Origin: a virus
Length of the DNA: 45,878 bases
Direction: 5' to 3' (one strand)
Virus record (IMG/VR): IMGVR_UViG_3300047311_000827
Under the pieces are notes generated by a model. It saw only the letters and a list, made by a program, of their open reading frames with translations. It ran no database searches and was not told the DNA's origin. The position numbers were made by a program, and so were the translations under genes. Within the stretch, counting starts at the first letter, position 1; every line of letters starts with the position of its first letter. This document shows positions 7,489 to 14,982 of the stretch, one piece after another.

Positions 7489-8649
7489 TTACTTCTTGTC
7501 GAGGGCGATGCCGCTCGCGTTGATCACGGGGTTGACGATCGCCGCGATCTTGACGACGAGCGGGTTGTCGGCCCAGTTGGACGGACGGTTCTTCTCGTTG
7601 ACGAGGATGCGCGTCGCGATCGCGACGAAGTCCTCGCCCATCGGCAGAACCTTGTCGAGCAGAGGCCACGCGGCCGACCAGCGCCGCTTGTACTCGGCGG
7701 TCTTCTTGTTGTCCGCACGGACGGCGGCGCGGCCGATGGCGCCGCACACCGCGAACGTGATGTCGGGACGGTCGGCCTTCGGATTCCACTTCACCTTGCC
7801 GTCCAGGAGGTCGTCGGCGTTGGGGAGGTTCATCTCCTTGCGCGCCTTCTCGAACTGAATGCCGCACGGCTCGCCGATCGTGCCGATGGCGATCGTCGGC
7901 AACAGGTCCTCCATGTCCAGCGCGATCGCGGTCGCGTAGAGGTTGACGAGGTTGCGCCACGACCGGATGGTGGCGTACGCCATGGGGAACCGCCCGCGGA
8001 TCGCGGCCGGCGACTCCTTAGGAAGCGCGCCGAGTTTCCTCGCGTAGCCCTCGACCACGGACTGCACGTGGTCGTACGCGATCTGCCGCTTCTCGGGATC
8101 AACCTTCTCCAACGCGGGCACGTTGTCCTCGCCCGCCAGGTGGGCGAGGAACTCGGTGAGGTCCGGGCCGTCCGTCTGCACGTGCTGCAGGCGGTTGGCT
8201 AGCGGGTACGGCATCTCGGTGCCGTTGGCCGCGGTCTCCGGCGGGTTGCCGATCAACATGTGCCGCGCGGTGTCGGGCAAGTAGTCGTCGTCGATCGCGC
8301 CCTCGTGGACGATGCGCATCGTCGCCGCTTGACACGCGGCCGGGCTCGACGTGATCTCGTCCCAGATGATCAGCGTCGGTTCGCCCTTCATCGCGTCGTG
8401 GAACCACTGCGGCTTGAGGTGCTTGGTGTACTCGTTCTTCTCCGACGGGTACGGCGTACCGCCGATGTCGGTCGGGTCCATCATCGACGTGATCAGAACG
8501 TTCTTCCGCCACTTGTAGCTTTGGGCGAGCGCGTACGCGGCGCTCGTCTTGGCGGTGCCCGGGTCCGACCAAATCATGAGAGGCGGCGCGACATTCTTCG
8601 GCGTCTGCAGGTTCACGTGCATCAGGCGGATCAACTGTTTGAAGTTCAT
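7489..8649 (-). CDS. MoxR/CbbQ-type AAA+ ATPase
   Basis: 386 aa. Walker A-like SDPGTAKTS, Walker B TLIIWDEI, then MRIVHEGAIDD...LIGNPPE. It is adjacent to a VWA partner. Confidence 0.75.
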   Translation of the reverse strand: MNFKQLIRLMHVNLQTPKNVAPPLMIWSDPGTAKTSAAYALAQSYKWRKNVLITSMMDPTDIGGTPYPSEKNEYTKHLKPQWFHDAMKGEPTLIIWDEITSSPAACQAATMRIVHEGAIDDDYLPDTARHMLIGNPPETAANGTEMPYPLANRLQHVQTDGPDLTEFLAHLAGEDNVPALEKVDPEKRQIAYDHVQSVVEGYARKLGALPKESPAAIRGRFPMAYATIRSWRNLVNLYATAIALDMEDLLPTIAIGTIGEPCGIQFEKARKEMNLPNADDLLDGKVKWNPKADRPDITFAVCGAIGRAAVRADNKKTAEYKRRWSAAWPLLDKVLPMGEDFVAIATRILVNEKNRPSNWADNPLVVKIAAIVNPVINASGIALDKK

Positions 8650-8680
8650 GACGGTTCCCCTTCGTGTTGGTTGGTTGGGA

Positions 8681-8908
8681 CTACACTTTTTCCTTGCGGC
8701 GTGCGGCCAGGTCGCGGAGCTTCTGCTTCGCCTCGTCGGTCATCGTCTTCTTGATCGCGCAGAGCAGCATGAACTTCTTGCACGACCGACACTTCTTCCG
8801 GCGCTGCTCCAGCGGCCAACTCGCATTCCACTCGTGCTGGACTTCCTCGTTGCGGTGCTTGCATTCCATCGTGACGCAGACGTACACGCCCATCTCGTTC
8901 GGCATCAT
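8681..8908 (-). CDS. Small Cys-rich (zinc-ribbon-like) protein
   Basis: 75 aa taken from the tail of frame 8681..9289, starting ATGATG at 8903-8908. CVTMECKH...CRSCKK. Confidence 0.5.
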   Translation of the reverse strand: MMPNEMGVYVCVTMECKHRNEEVQHEWNASWPLEQRRKKCRSCKKFMLLCAIKKTMTDEAKQKLRDLAARRKEKV

Positions 8909-8922
8909 TTTGATCCGAGGTT

Positions 8923-8948
8923 GCGGCGGGGGACCATTCCCCCGCCGC
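8923..8948 (-). other. Perfect 10-bp GC hairpin in an intergenic gap
   Basis: gcggcggggg (8923-8932) / cccccgccgc (8939-8948) with a 6-nt loop. There is no U-tract on either strand. Confidence 0.6.
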
Positions 8949-8958
8949 CCTCGCCTCG

Positions 8959-9699
8959 TTACTTCCTCGCCAACTCGTGCAGCGTCTCGAGCGTCTCCAA
9001 GTCGTCGTTCACCAGGAGCACCATGACGCTCGCGATGATCGCTTGCGCCAACACCGCGGCGCGAGATCGCCGCCTCGCTACCTCGGCCATCTGCGCCGCC
9101 TCGCGTTCTCCAGCCGTGGCAACAACTGGCGCTGCGGGGATGCTGCGACTGCGGATGAACTCCCCGAGCGCTTGGTCCGTGAACGTCGTGCCCGTCATGT
9201 CGACCAGGAGCGCGGGGTGGTTGTAGTGGATCACGGTGATCAGCTTGTTCACCGTGGTACGCGGGATGAACCCGTTCTCCTTGATCCATCCGTCAACGAC
9301 CGCCACCAACTCCTGCTTCGGCTTCCAAAGGTGGCGGACCTTCCTCGTCTTCGTCTGCACGACGGCCTCCGCGATCGGACCGACTACGGCGTCGATCTCC
9401 TTGTTGGTCGGTACGTACTCCATGGTCGCCACTCCCTTCACGGTCTTCGACGGCTCCAGGAGCGCGGCCGCCTTCACCGCGAACTTCTCCAAGGCCGGCG
9501 TCGGCGTGTCGCTGCGCTGCCACTTCTTCATGATCTCCTCCTTGTTCCGCTCCCACTTCCTCTTGCATGAATGCCGATCGTGGATCACTCGCGGGTAGCC
9601 TGTCACGCGACGCCCCACAACGATCACCTCGTTGTGGCCGACGCGATCGGGGCACACCTCGCAGACAACCGGGTGCTTGCCACCTCGTCCGCCTTGCAT
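8959..9699 (-). CDS. Hypothetical protein with Cys/His-rich N-terminus
   Basis: 246 aa, ATG with an AAGGAGG SD. The N-terminus reads GKHPVVCEVCPDRVGHNEV...HDRHSCKRKW. Confidence 0.6.
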   Translation of the reverse strand: MQGGRGGKHPVVCEVCPDRVGHNEVIVVGRRVTGYPRVIHDRHSCKRKWERNKEEIMKKWQRSDTPTPALEKFAVKAAALLEPSKTVKGVATMEYVPTNKEIDAVVGPIAEAVVQTKTRKVRHLWKPKQELVAVVDGWIKENGFIPRTTVNKLITVIHYNHPALLVDMTGTTFTDQALGEFIRSRSIPAAPVVATAGEREAAQMAEVARRRSRAAVLAQAIIASVMVLLVNDDLETLETLHELARK

Positions 9700-9918
9700 C
9701 TACCCCTCCTTTGATGTGCGACGGTCCGCTTCGATTTGCTGCGCGATCTCCATGATCGTGTTCTCCAACTTCCAACCGAGTTCGGTGATGGCGACGGTCG
9801 CCCACGCGTAGTCCTTCTGTCCCTTCAACTCCGCGCGCGCTTCTTCCACTGACCGCTCCGCCTCCTTCAACTTCCGGAGCGCGGCGACTGCCCTGAGAAT
9901 CGCTTGGTGGTTGACCAC
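9700..9918 (-). CDS. Small coiled-coil protein
   Basis: Frame 9700..9981 trimmed to the GTG at 9916-9918, which sits 4 nt after a GGAGGAG SD and just past the upstream TAA. Confidence 0.5.
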   Translation of the reverse strand: MVNHQAILRAVAALRKLKEAERSVEEARAELKGQKDYAWATVAITELGWKLENTIMEIAQQIEADRRTSKEG

Positions 9919-9919
9919 T

Positions 9920-10246
9920 TTACTCCTCCACGTTGAACACGCGAACGTTTCGCGCGAGGACATACAGCTTGCGGCGCCCACCGAAGTCGAGCGCCACCTT
10001 CGTCACACCGGACTTGCGGTACACCCGCTCCACGACGTGGACGCCGAACGCCAGCGCCGTGTCGTGCGTGAGTAGCACCGAGTCGCCCTTGCGGACCTTC
10101 CTGTCGTCCGCGTCGTACGCGAACTCGAGATCCACTCCAGGAGCGGGCTTCAACTTCGCGGGGATCGTCATCTTGGATTCCTCCAGTCGCTTGTCGAGAT
10201 ACGCGTTCTCACGGATGATCGCCTTCGCCTCGCTTAGGTAACTCAT
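9920..10246 (-). CDS. Hypothetical protein
   Basis: 108 aa, ATG with a GAAGGAGAT SD. Confidence 0.6.
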   Translation of the reverse strand: MSYLSEAKAIIRENAYLDKRLEESKMTIPAKLKPAPGVDLEFAYDADDRKVRKGDSVLLTHDTALAFGVHVVERVYRKSGVTKVALDFGGRRKLYVLARNVRVFNVEE

Positions 10247-10486
10247 CTAGATCTCCTTCTTGTTGGCAGCGTGCGCAGCGGTGAACTGCTTCATCCCCGC
10301 GTAGCACTTGATGGTCGACTGCATCTCGTTCACGAACTTCCGGCTGAACCTGCCCGCGATCATGTCCTCCAGCTTGTTGATGCAACCGAGCAGCCACTCG
10401 CGCTCGTTCTCGATCGTCGTCTTGTCGCGGAGGTTGCTGATGTCCGTCTGCAGCATGATGACTTCGCGTCTTTGTTGGGTGGTCAT
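10247..10486 (-). CDS. Hypothetical protein, first gene of the leftward operon
   Basis: 79-aa tail of frame 10247..10804, ATG at 10484-10486 with an AAGGAG SD. The upstream part of the frame is Arg-rich nonsense. Confidence 0.55.
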   Translation of the reverse strand: MTTQQRREVIMLQTDISNLRDKTTIENEREWLLGCINKLEDMIAGRFSRKFVNEMQSTIKCYAGMKQFTAAHAANKKEI

Positions 10487-10914
10487 TGAGTTGCTCCTTG
10501 AGGTTTTTGGTTGAGGGTTTTCTTCGTTTGAAGTTGTTGCGACGAGACGGGCGCTACCCCGTCTCGTTCCTTTCGTCGCGTCGCCTCCATAACGAGTGGC
10601 TACCACCGGCGCGTCCGTCACGACGCTCGCGGTCCTTTGAGTCACTCGATCCGATTCCCGTTGCCGCGGTGCTCCGCGGCGTTCACGGTTAGCGCGCCAA
10701 CGGTTCCGCCCTGGTCGGTGCGGATTGCGTTGACGTCGCTTCGGCTTCGCTATGTCCGTTCGGTCAGCGGCCCCGTGCGCTCGTCGCGGCGGTTGCCGGT
10801 TCACTTGCCCCTCGGTCCGCGGTGCCTTATCAGCCCATCCCGCGCAACCTCGATCTGACCTTCCGTTTTCGTCGGCCCGTTTTGCGGTCCGCCGTGCTCC
10901 GTGCTACGTAGAAG

Positions 10915-10944
10915 AATATACAGCAACTGGTTGTCCTTTGTACA
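10915..10944 (-). promoter_or_regulatory. Candidate sigma70-like leftward promoter (TGTACA-N18-TATATT)
   Basis: Minus-strand read of the AT-rich patch. It would give a leader of about 420 nt before the ATG at 10486. Confidence 0.3.
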
Positions 10945-11043
10945 CCTCCATAGGACCCTAGAGAAGCCATCACGGAAAGGGGCTGGCCCGACGGCCCCCA
11001 AAGAGTTTGTCCCGTGGGCGATCGTGGAGTACCTTCGGCGTCC

Positions 11044-11060
11044 GAGGAGCAACGCTCCTC
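11044..11060 (+). promoter_or_regulatory. Inverted repeat GAGGAGC-AAC-GCTCCTC next to TATAGA, a candidate operator/-10 for the plus-strand island
   Basis: A perfect 7-bp inverted repeat is followed immediately by tatagact. That lies 23 nt upstream of the GTG at 11090, and a CAGGAGG SD follows. Confidence 0.3.
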
Positions 11061-11089
11061 TATAGACTAACCAACCAGGAGGCGAGGCG

Positions 11090-11530
11090 GTGGCCGACCA
11101 CGATCTTCTCAAGCGGATGTTCGAGATGCAGCACGATCTCCAAGCGCGACTCGGGACGCCGATGATCGGCGACGACGCGAGGCGGAAACGCGGCGGCATC
11201 CGGATCAACTCACTCGCGGACCTCAACGAGACCGACCGCGCTGTGATCAAGAAGTGGCACAAGGAGTTCTCGCTCGCGCTGATGATGGAGGCGAGCGAGT
11301 TGATGGACTGGAGTCCGTGGAAGCACTGGAGCTCGCGACTCGGCAACAAGGCGGAGATCACGTTCCTCGGACCCGACCACCTGCGCGAGGTCCACATGGA
11401 GATCGTGGACTGCTTCCACTTCCTGATCGATCTCGCCTTGCTGTACGGCTTCACCGCGGAGGATCTCTTCGAGACGTTCGCCGAGAAGAACGCGATCAAC
11501 CACCGCCGCCAGGACGGAGGCTCGTACTAA
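11090..11530 (+). CDS. All-alpha NTP pyrophosphohydrolase (dimeric dUTPase/dCTPase-MazG type)
   Basis: 146 aa, GTG start with an AGGAGG SD. MQHDLQ...EFSLALMMEASELMDWSPWKHW...EVHMEIVDCFHFLIDLAL...FAEKNAINHRRQ fits the dimeric dUTPase pattern (E..E....WK.W....E.vD..hF.......K...N..Rq). Confidence 0.7.
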   Translation: MADHDLLKRMFEMQHDLQARLGTPMIGDDARRKRGGIRINSLADLNETDRAVIKKWHKEFSLALMMEASELMDWSPWKHWSSRLGNKAEITFLGPDHLREVHMEIVDCFHFLIDLALLYGFTAEDLFETFAEKNAINHRRQDGGSY

Positions 11531-12042
11531 TGATCATCGTGGAGGGAGTCGATCGCGTCGGCAAGTCGAGCTTGGTGAAGGTGCTCGCACGGAACCTTGG
11601 ATTCAAGATCGTTCACTGTGTCGTCCCGCCGGACGGCGAGAGCGTCTTCGACTACCACATGCGCATGATCCAGGACGGCGAGGACGCGATCGTCGATCGC
11701 CTCCACTGGTCGGAGTACGCGTACGGCGAGACGTACCGCCAGGGATGTGGGTACACGAAGAAGCAGTGGCGTCAGCTCGAGGACGAACTCCAGGCGGCGG
11801 AGGCTGGCGTCATCCTTCTCAGCGACTCGCTCAAGCTGATCCGCGAGCGTTGGGGACCGGAGGAGCAGTTCGACGTCGCCGGCCTCGTGCGGCTCGACAG
11901 TTTCTTCTTCGACGTGTTCTTCAACCGCGCGCCGTTCAAGTCCGACCTGCCGCGGCGTCACTACAACTGGCGTGACTTCTTCAACCCCGACGGGTCCGAG
12001 CGCGGCGACGCCTTGAAGACCATGACGAAGTCGCTGTGGTGA
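11530..12042 (+). CDS. P-loop deoxynucleoside monophosphate kinase (thymidylate-kinase-like)
   Basis: The ATG overlaps the upstream TAA (TAATG). MIIVEGVDRVGKSS matches the Tmk P-loop pattern (EG.DG.GKsT). Confidence 0.6.
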   Translation: MIIVEGVDRVGKSSLVKVLARNLGFKIVHCVVPPDGESVFDYHMRMIQDGEDAIVDRLHWSEYAYGETYRQGCGYTKKQWRQLEDELQAAEAGVILLSDSLKLIRERWGPEEQFDVAGLVRLDSFFFDVFFNRAPFKSDLPRRHYNWRDFFNPDGSERGDALKTMTKSLW

Positions 12043-12482
12043 AGGACATGCGGCTCGGGGTTGACGAGTACTTCATGCAGATCGCCCACGCGACCAAGAC
12101 GCGATCGACCTGCCCACGCGCCCAGGTGGGAGCTGTCCTCGTGTCTGACGGTAGGATCGTGAGCGCCGGATTCAACGGCGCGCCTCACGGGGCGCCTCAC
12201 TGCAGCGAGTTCGGGTGCTTCATCGTGGACGACCACTGCCGCGGGGCGGTCCACGCCGAGATCAACGCCCTGCTCCACGCCGAGAAGTACGGCGACACGA
12301 TCTACGTGACCCACACGCCGTGCCTCGAGTGCCTCAAGGCGATCATCAACCACGGCGTCATCCGCATCGTCTACGACCTGGACTACCGTGACGACGCGCG
12401 CGAGCAGTTCATCGGCTGGCTCGCGAACAACCCGACCACGAAGGTCCGGCTGGTGATGCAGCGGATCAGGAGGGAGTCGTGA
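12036..12482 (+). CDS. dCMP deaminase (ComEB/cytidine-deoxycytidylate deaminase zinc family)
   Basis: RSTCPRAQVGAVLV...GFNG...HAEINAL...THTPCLECLKAI. GTG at 12036, or ATG at 12048 (MRLGVDEYFMQIA). Confidence 0.85.
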   Translation: MVKDMRLGVDEYFMQIAHATKTRSTCPRAQVGAVLVSDGRIVSAGFNGAPHGAPHCSEFGCFIVDDHCRGAVHAEINALLHAEKYGDTIYVTHTPCLECLKAIINHGVIRIVYDLDYRDDAREQFIGWLANNPTTKVRLVMQRIRRES

Positions 12483-12976
12483 GCGAGCTGACGAAGAACG
12501 AGGAGGCCGCGATCACCGCCTTCAACGAGGCCACCGGGCACGTCGCTCACAACTACGGCACGCGAGCCTCCATTGCTGTCGGCCGCGAGCTGATTAGGCT
12601 CCGCGCCCGCATCGCGGAGCTGGAAGCCGAGACGAAGCGCGCGCGGGACTACTCCATCCACATGGATGGTCTCCTGCGTGCGGAGGAAGCCCGCATCGCG
12701 GAGCTGGAGCGGGAGCGGGACGCCTTCGGGGCTGGGTTGGACAAGGCCAACCACAAGCGGGCCGTCGCCGAGTCACAGCTCGCCGCTGCGCGGGAGGCGC
12801 TGAGCAACGTTCCGCATGAGGACCACTGTCTAGCGGACGCCGTGACCATCGGCCCCGCCGGCATCCGCGGCATCGTCAAGCGCGGGGGAGACCCCGACGC
12901 ATTCCCGCAGCCCTGCACTTGTGCGTTGGCCGCAGTCCGCGCCGCTCTCGACGGGCTCGGGGAGAAAAAGGCGTGA
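12479..12976 (+). CDS. Hypothetical coiled-coil protein
   Basis: 165 aa. The GTG overlaps the upstream stop (GTGA) and has an AGGAGGGAG SD. Confidence 0.6.
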   Translation: MSELTKNEEAAITAFNEATGHVAHNYGTRASIAVGRELIRLRARIAELEAETKRARDYSIHMDGLLRAEEARIAELERERDAFGAGLDKANHKRAVAESQLAAAREALSNVPHEDHCLADAVTIGPAGIRGIVKRGGDPDAFPQPCTCALAAVRAALDGLGEKKA

Positions 12977-13881
12977 ACTACCTCGGCTCGTTCCCGTCGA
13001 TGGATCAGGCGTACCCCATCCTGGTGAGCCGAGTCGTCAAGGACGGCGAGAGGCTGTCGCCTCGCGGGATGGTGTCGATCGAGATGAGGCCGGCGTCGTT
13101 CACGATCACTGATCCGACACGGGCCGTGTACACCGGCGAGAAGCGCAAGATGAGTTACAGGTTCCTCGCGGTCGAGACGCTCAGCTACCTGGCGGGTCTC
13201 GGCGACGAGAAGACTGCGAAGCTCCTGGTCGCGGTGAACAAGAACCTCGATCCATACCTCAACAAGTTGACGATGAAGTTCGACGGCGCCTACGGACCGC
13301 GGCTCAGGCAGAGTCTCCCGGCGGTGGTCGCGCTCCTCGATCGAGATCGCGACAGCAGGCAGGCGGTCGCCGCGATCTGGTCTCCCGGCATACCGGAGTC
13401 GATCGACGTCCCATGCACCGTGTCGCTGCACTTCTACGTCGCCCACGACAAGCTCGAGATGACGGCCTACATGAGGTCCAACGATCTGATGTGGGGAACG
13501 CCGTACGACGTCGCGGCCTTCTGCATCCTGCAGCAGGCGGTGGCGAAGAGCCTCGGCCTCCAGGTGGGCGCGTATCACCACGTCGCCGACTCGCTCCACG
13601 TCTACCAGGAGCGCGTGCCCGACGTCAAGGACGACAAGACGATCGACCTGCCGTTCGAGCCGTTCAAGAAGATGGTGTGCGAGTCCATGCACCCGAGCTC
13701 GATCATCCGTCACATGATGGATGACTCGGCCGACCTGATCAAGCAGATCTACAGGTTCTTGAACCTCGACAGCATCGACGGTCCACCGAAGACCGCCAGC
13801 CACCTGCGGTTCTTGTTCGGGCAGTCCAAGGACCCGGTGGAGAACGCGTGGGTACGCATGCTCAACGGGAAGTGGCTGTGA
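12973..13881 (+). CDS. Thymidylate-synthase-fold enzyme with Asp at the dUMP-specifying Asn position; predicted dCMP hydroxymethylase/methylase-like
   Basis: Frame 12919..13881 trimmed to the GTG at 12973 (GTGA overlap). It aligns without gaps to E. coli ThyA from Cys146 to residue 181: PCTVSLHFYVAHDKLEMTAYMRSNDLMWGTPYDVAAF against [37 protein letters not shown]. The later motif is SLHVY. Confidence 0.7.
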   Translation: MNYLGSFPSMDQAYPILVSRVVKDGERLSPRGMVSIEMRPASFTITDPTRAVYTGEKRKMSYRFLAVETLSYLAGLGDEKTAKLLVAVNKNLDPYLNKLTMKFDGAYGPRLRQSLPAVVALLDRDRDSRQAVAAIWSPGIPESIDVPCTVSLHFYVAHDKLEMTAYMRSNDLMWGTPYDVAAFCILQQAVAKSLGLQVGAYHHVADSLHVYQERVPDVKDDKTIDLPFEPFKKMVCESMHPSSIIRHMMDDSADLIKQIYRFLNLDSIDGPPKTASHLRFLFGQSKDPVENAWVRMLNGKWL

Positions 13882-14981
13882 GGGCGATCGGTTACTTGGT
13901 CGGCGGCGGCTCGATGTCGCTGGGCGTCGAGGCGGCTGGGTTCGAGATCTCCGGCGTGTGGGAGACGCCCGGTTACTCGAAGAACGCTCAGTCGTGGGAT
14001 CTCAACCGCCCGATGCTCGCGCACTCGGTCCAGGAGGTCCGCGCTGGGTCTCGATTCCTGGGCGGTGACGACGTGGATCTGATCTACGGCAACCCGCCGT
14101 GTGGAGGTCTCTCCAACACGACGGGTGCTCAGCACACGAGTCCCACGAACCTCGTCATGCAGAACTGGTTGGGGATGGTGATCAAGGCGAGGCCTCGCGC
14201 GATCCTGATGGAGAACGCGTTCCAGCTCGCCACCGGGGCCGGCGCCCCGATCCGCGATCTCCTCGGCTCACAGCTCGACGACGCGGGCTACAAGTCGACG
14301 ATCTGGCTGATCGACTCCTGGGAGCTCGGTACGCCTCAAGTCCGGCGGCGCGCGTTCCTGGCCGCGGTCAAGGAGGGCTCGATCGTTGACGTCAAGTGGA
14401 GCGTGCCCTACCAGTTGAGGGAGGAGAACTCGTATCCCAAGGAAGTGTGGGCGGAGACGCGCTTGATCGACGCCGACCCGAGCCCCAGTCCCTTCTACGA
14501 CGTCGCCGGGACCAAGATCACGCAGCACTGGTGGAACAAGACGGGCTATCAGCACAACGAGCTGCTCAAGGAACATGGCGATCGGATCACGCTCGGCAAG
14601 TTCCTCACTCCTCACGAGCTCAAGATGCTCGAGGCGCGCGCGGCGGCCGGAATCAAGTCAGCGAAGCGAGAGATCGAGAAGCGGATGCCATTGCTCTGGC
14701 CTGAGGTGCCGCGCGCGTTCTCGAAGCCCAAGCAGTTCAAGGTGATCAGGCGGCTCAGGGCCGAGGCCCCGAGCTTCGTGGTGCTGTCGGAGTTCAACCT
14801 GGCTCACCCGACCTTGAACCGCCTCCTCACGATGCGCGAGATGGCGCGGCTCATGGGCTACCCGGACGACTGGGTGTTCCACGTCCTCCACCCGCGGCTG
14901 GTCGCGCAGGGGGTGCCCGTGGCGAACGCGAGATGGGCGGCGTCAAGGCTCATGGAAGCCTTGACGGCCGCCCACTCGTGA
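13878..14981 (+). CDS. DNA (cytosine-5) methyltransferase
   Basis: GTG at 13878 (GTGA overlap). Motifs: I YLVGGGSMSLG; IV YGNPPCGGLS; VI LMENAF; VIII TPQVRRRAF; IX RLLTMREMARLMGYPDDW; X AQGVPV. Confidence 0.85.
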   Translation: MRAIGYLVGGGSMSLGVEAAGFEISGVWETPGYSKNAQSWDLNRPMLAHSVQEVRAGSRFLGGDDVDLIYGNPPCGGLSNTTGAQHTSPTNLVMQNWLGMVIKARPRAILMENAFQLATGAGAPIRDLLGSQLDDAGYKSTIWLIDSWELGTPQVRRRAFLAAVKEGSIVDVKWSVPYQLREENSYPKEVWAETRLIDADPSPSPFYDVAGTKITQHWWNKTGYQHNELLKEHGDRITLGKFLTPHELKMLEARAAAGIKSAKREIEKRMPLLWPEVPRAFSKPKQFKVIRRLRAEAPSFVVLSEFNLAHPTLNRLLTMREMARLMGYPDDWVFHVLHPRLVAQGVPVANARWAASRLMEALTAAHS

Positions 14982-14982
14982 G

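Larger units (their letters stand above)
10487..11089. promoter_or_regulatory. 603-bp divergent non-coding control region
   Basis: No credible ORF. It separates the first minus-strand gene from the first plus-strand gene. It contains hairpins at 10542-10567 and 10663-10680, near-repeats GGTCCGC(G/C)GTGC, and the only AT-rich patch of the area (10905-10960). Confidence 0.7.

Noticed and set aside
10487-10804. N-terminal extension of the 10247-10486 gene to a 185-aa ORF
   Set aside because: The extension is Arg/Pro-rich nonsense running through hairpin-rich non-coding DNA. The internal ATG at 10486 has a proper AAGGAG SD.
10801-11499. 232-aa minus-strand ORF across the control region and the NTPase gene
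   Set aside because: It is antisense to a motif-bearing gene, has no SD, and reads through the AT-rich promoter patch.
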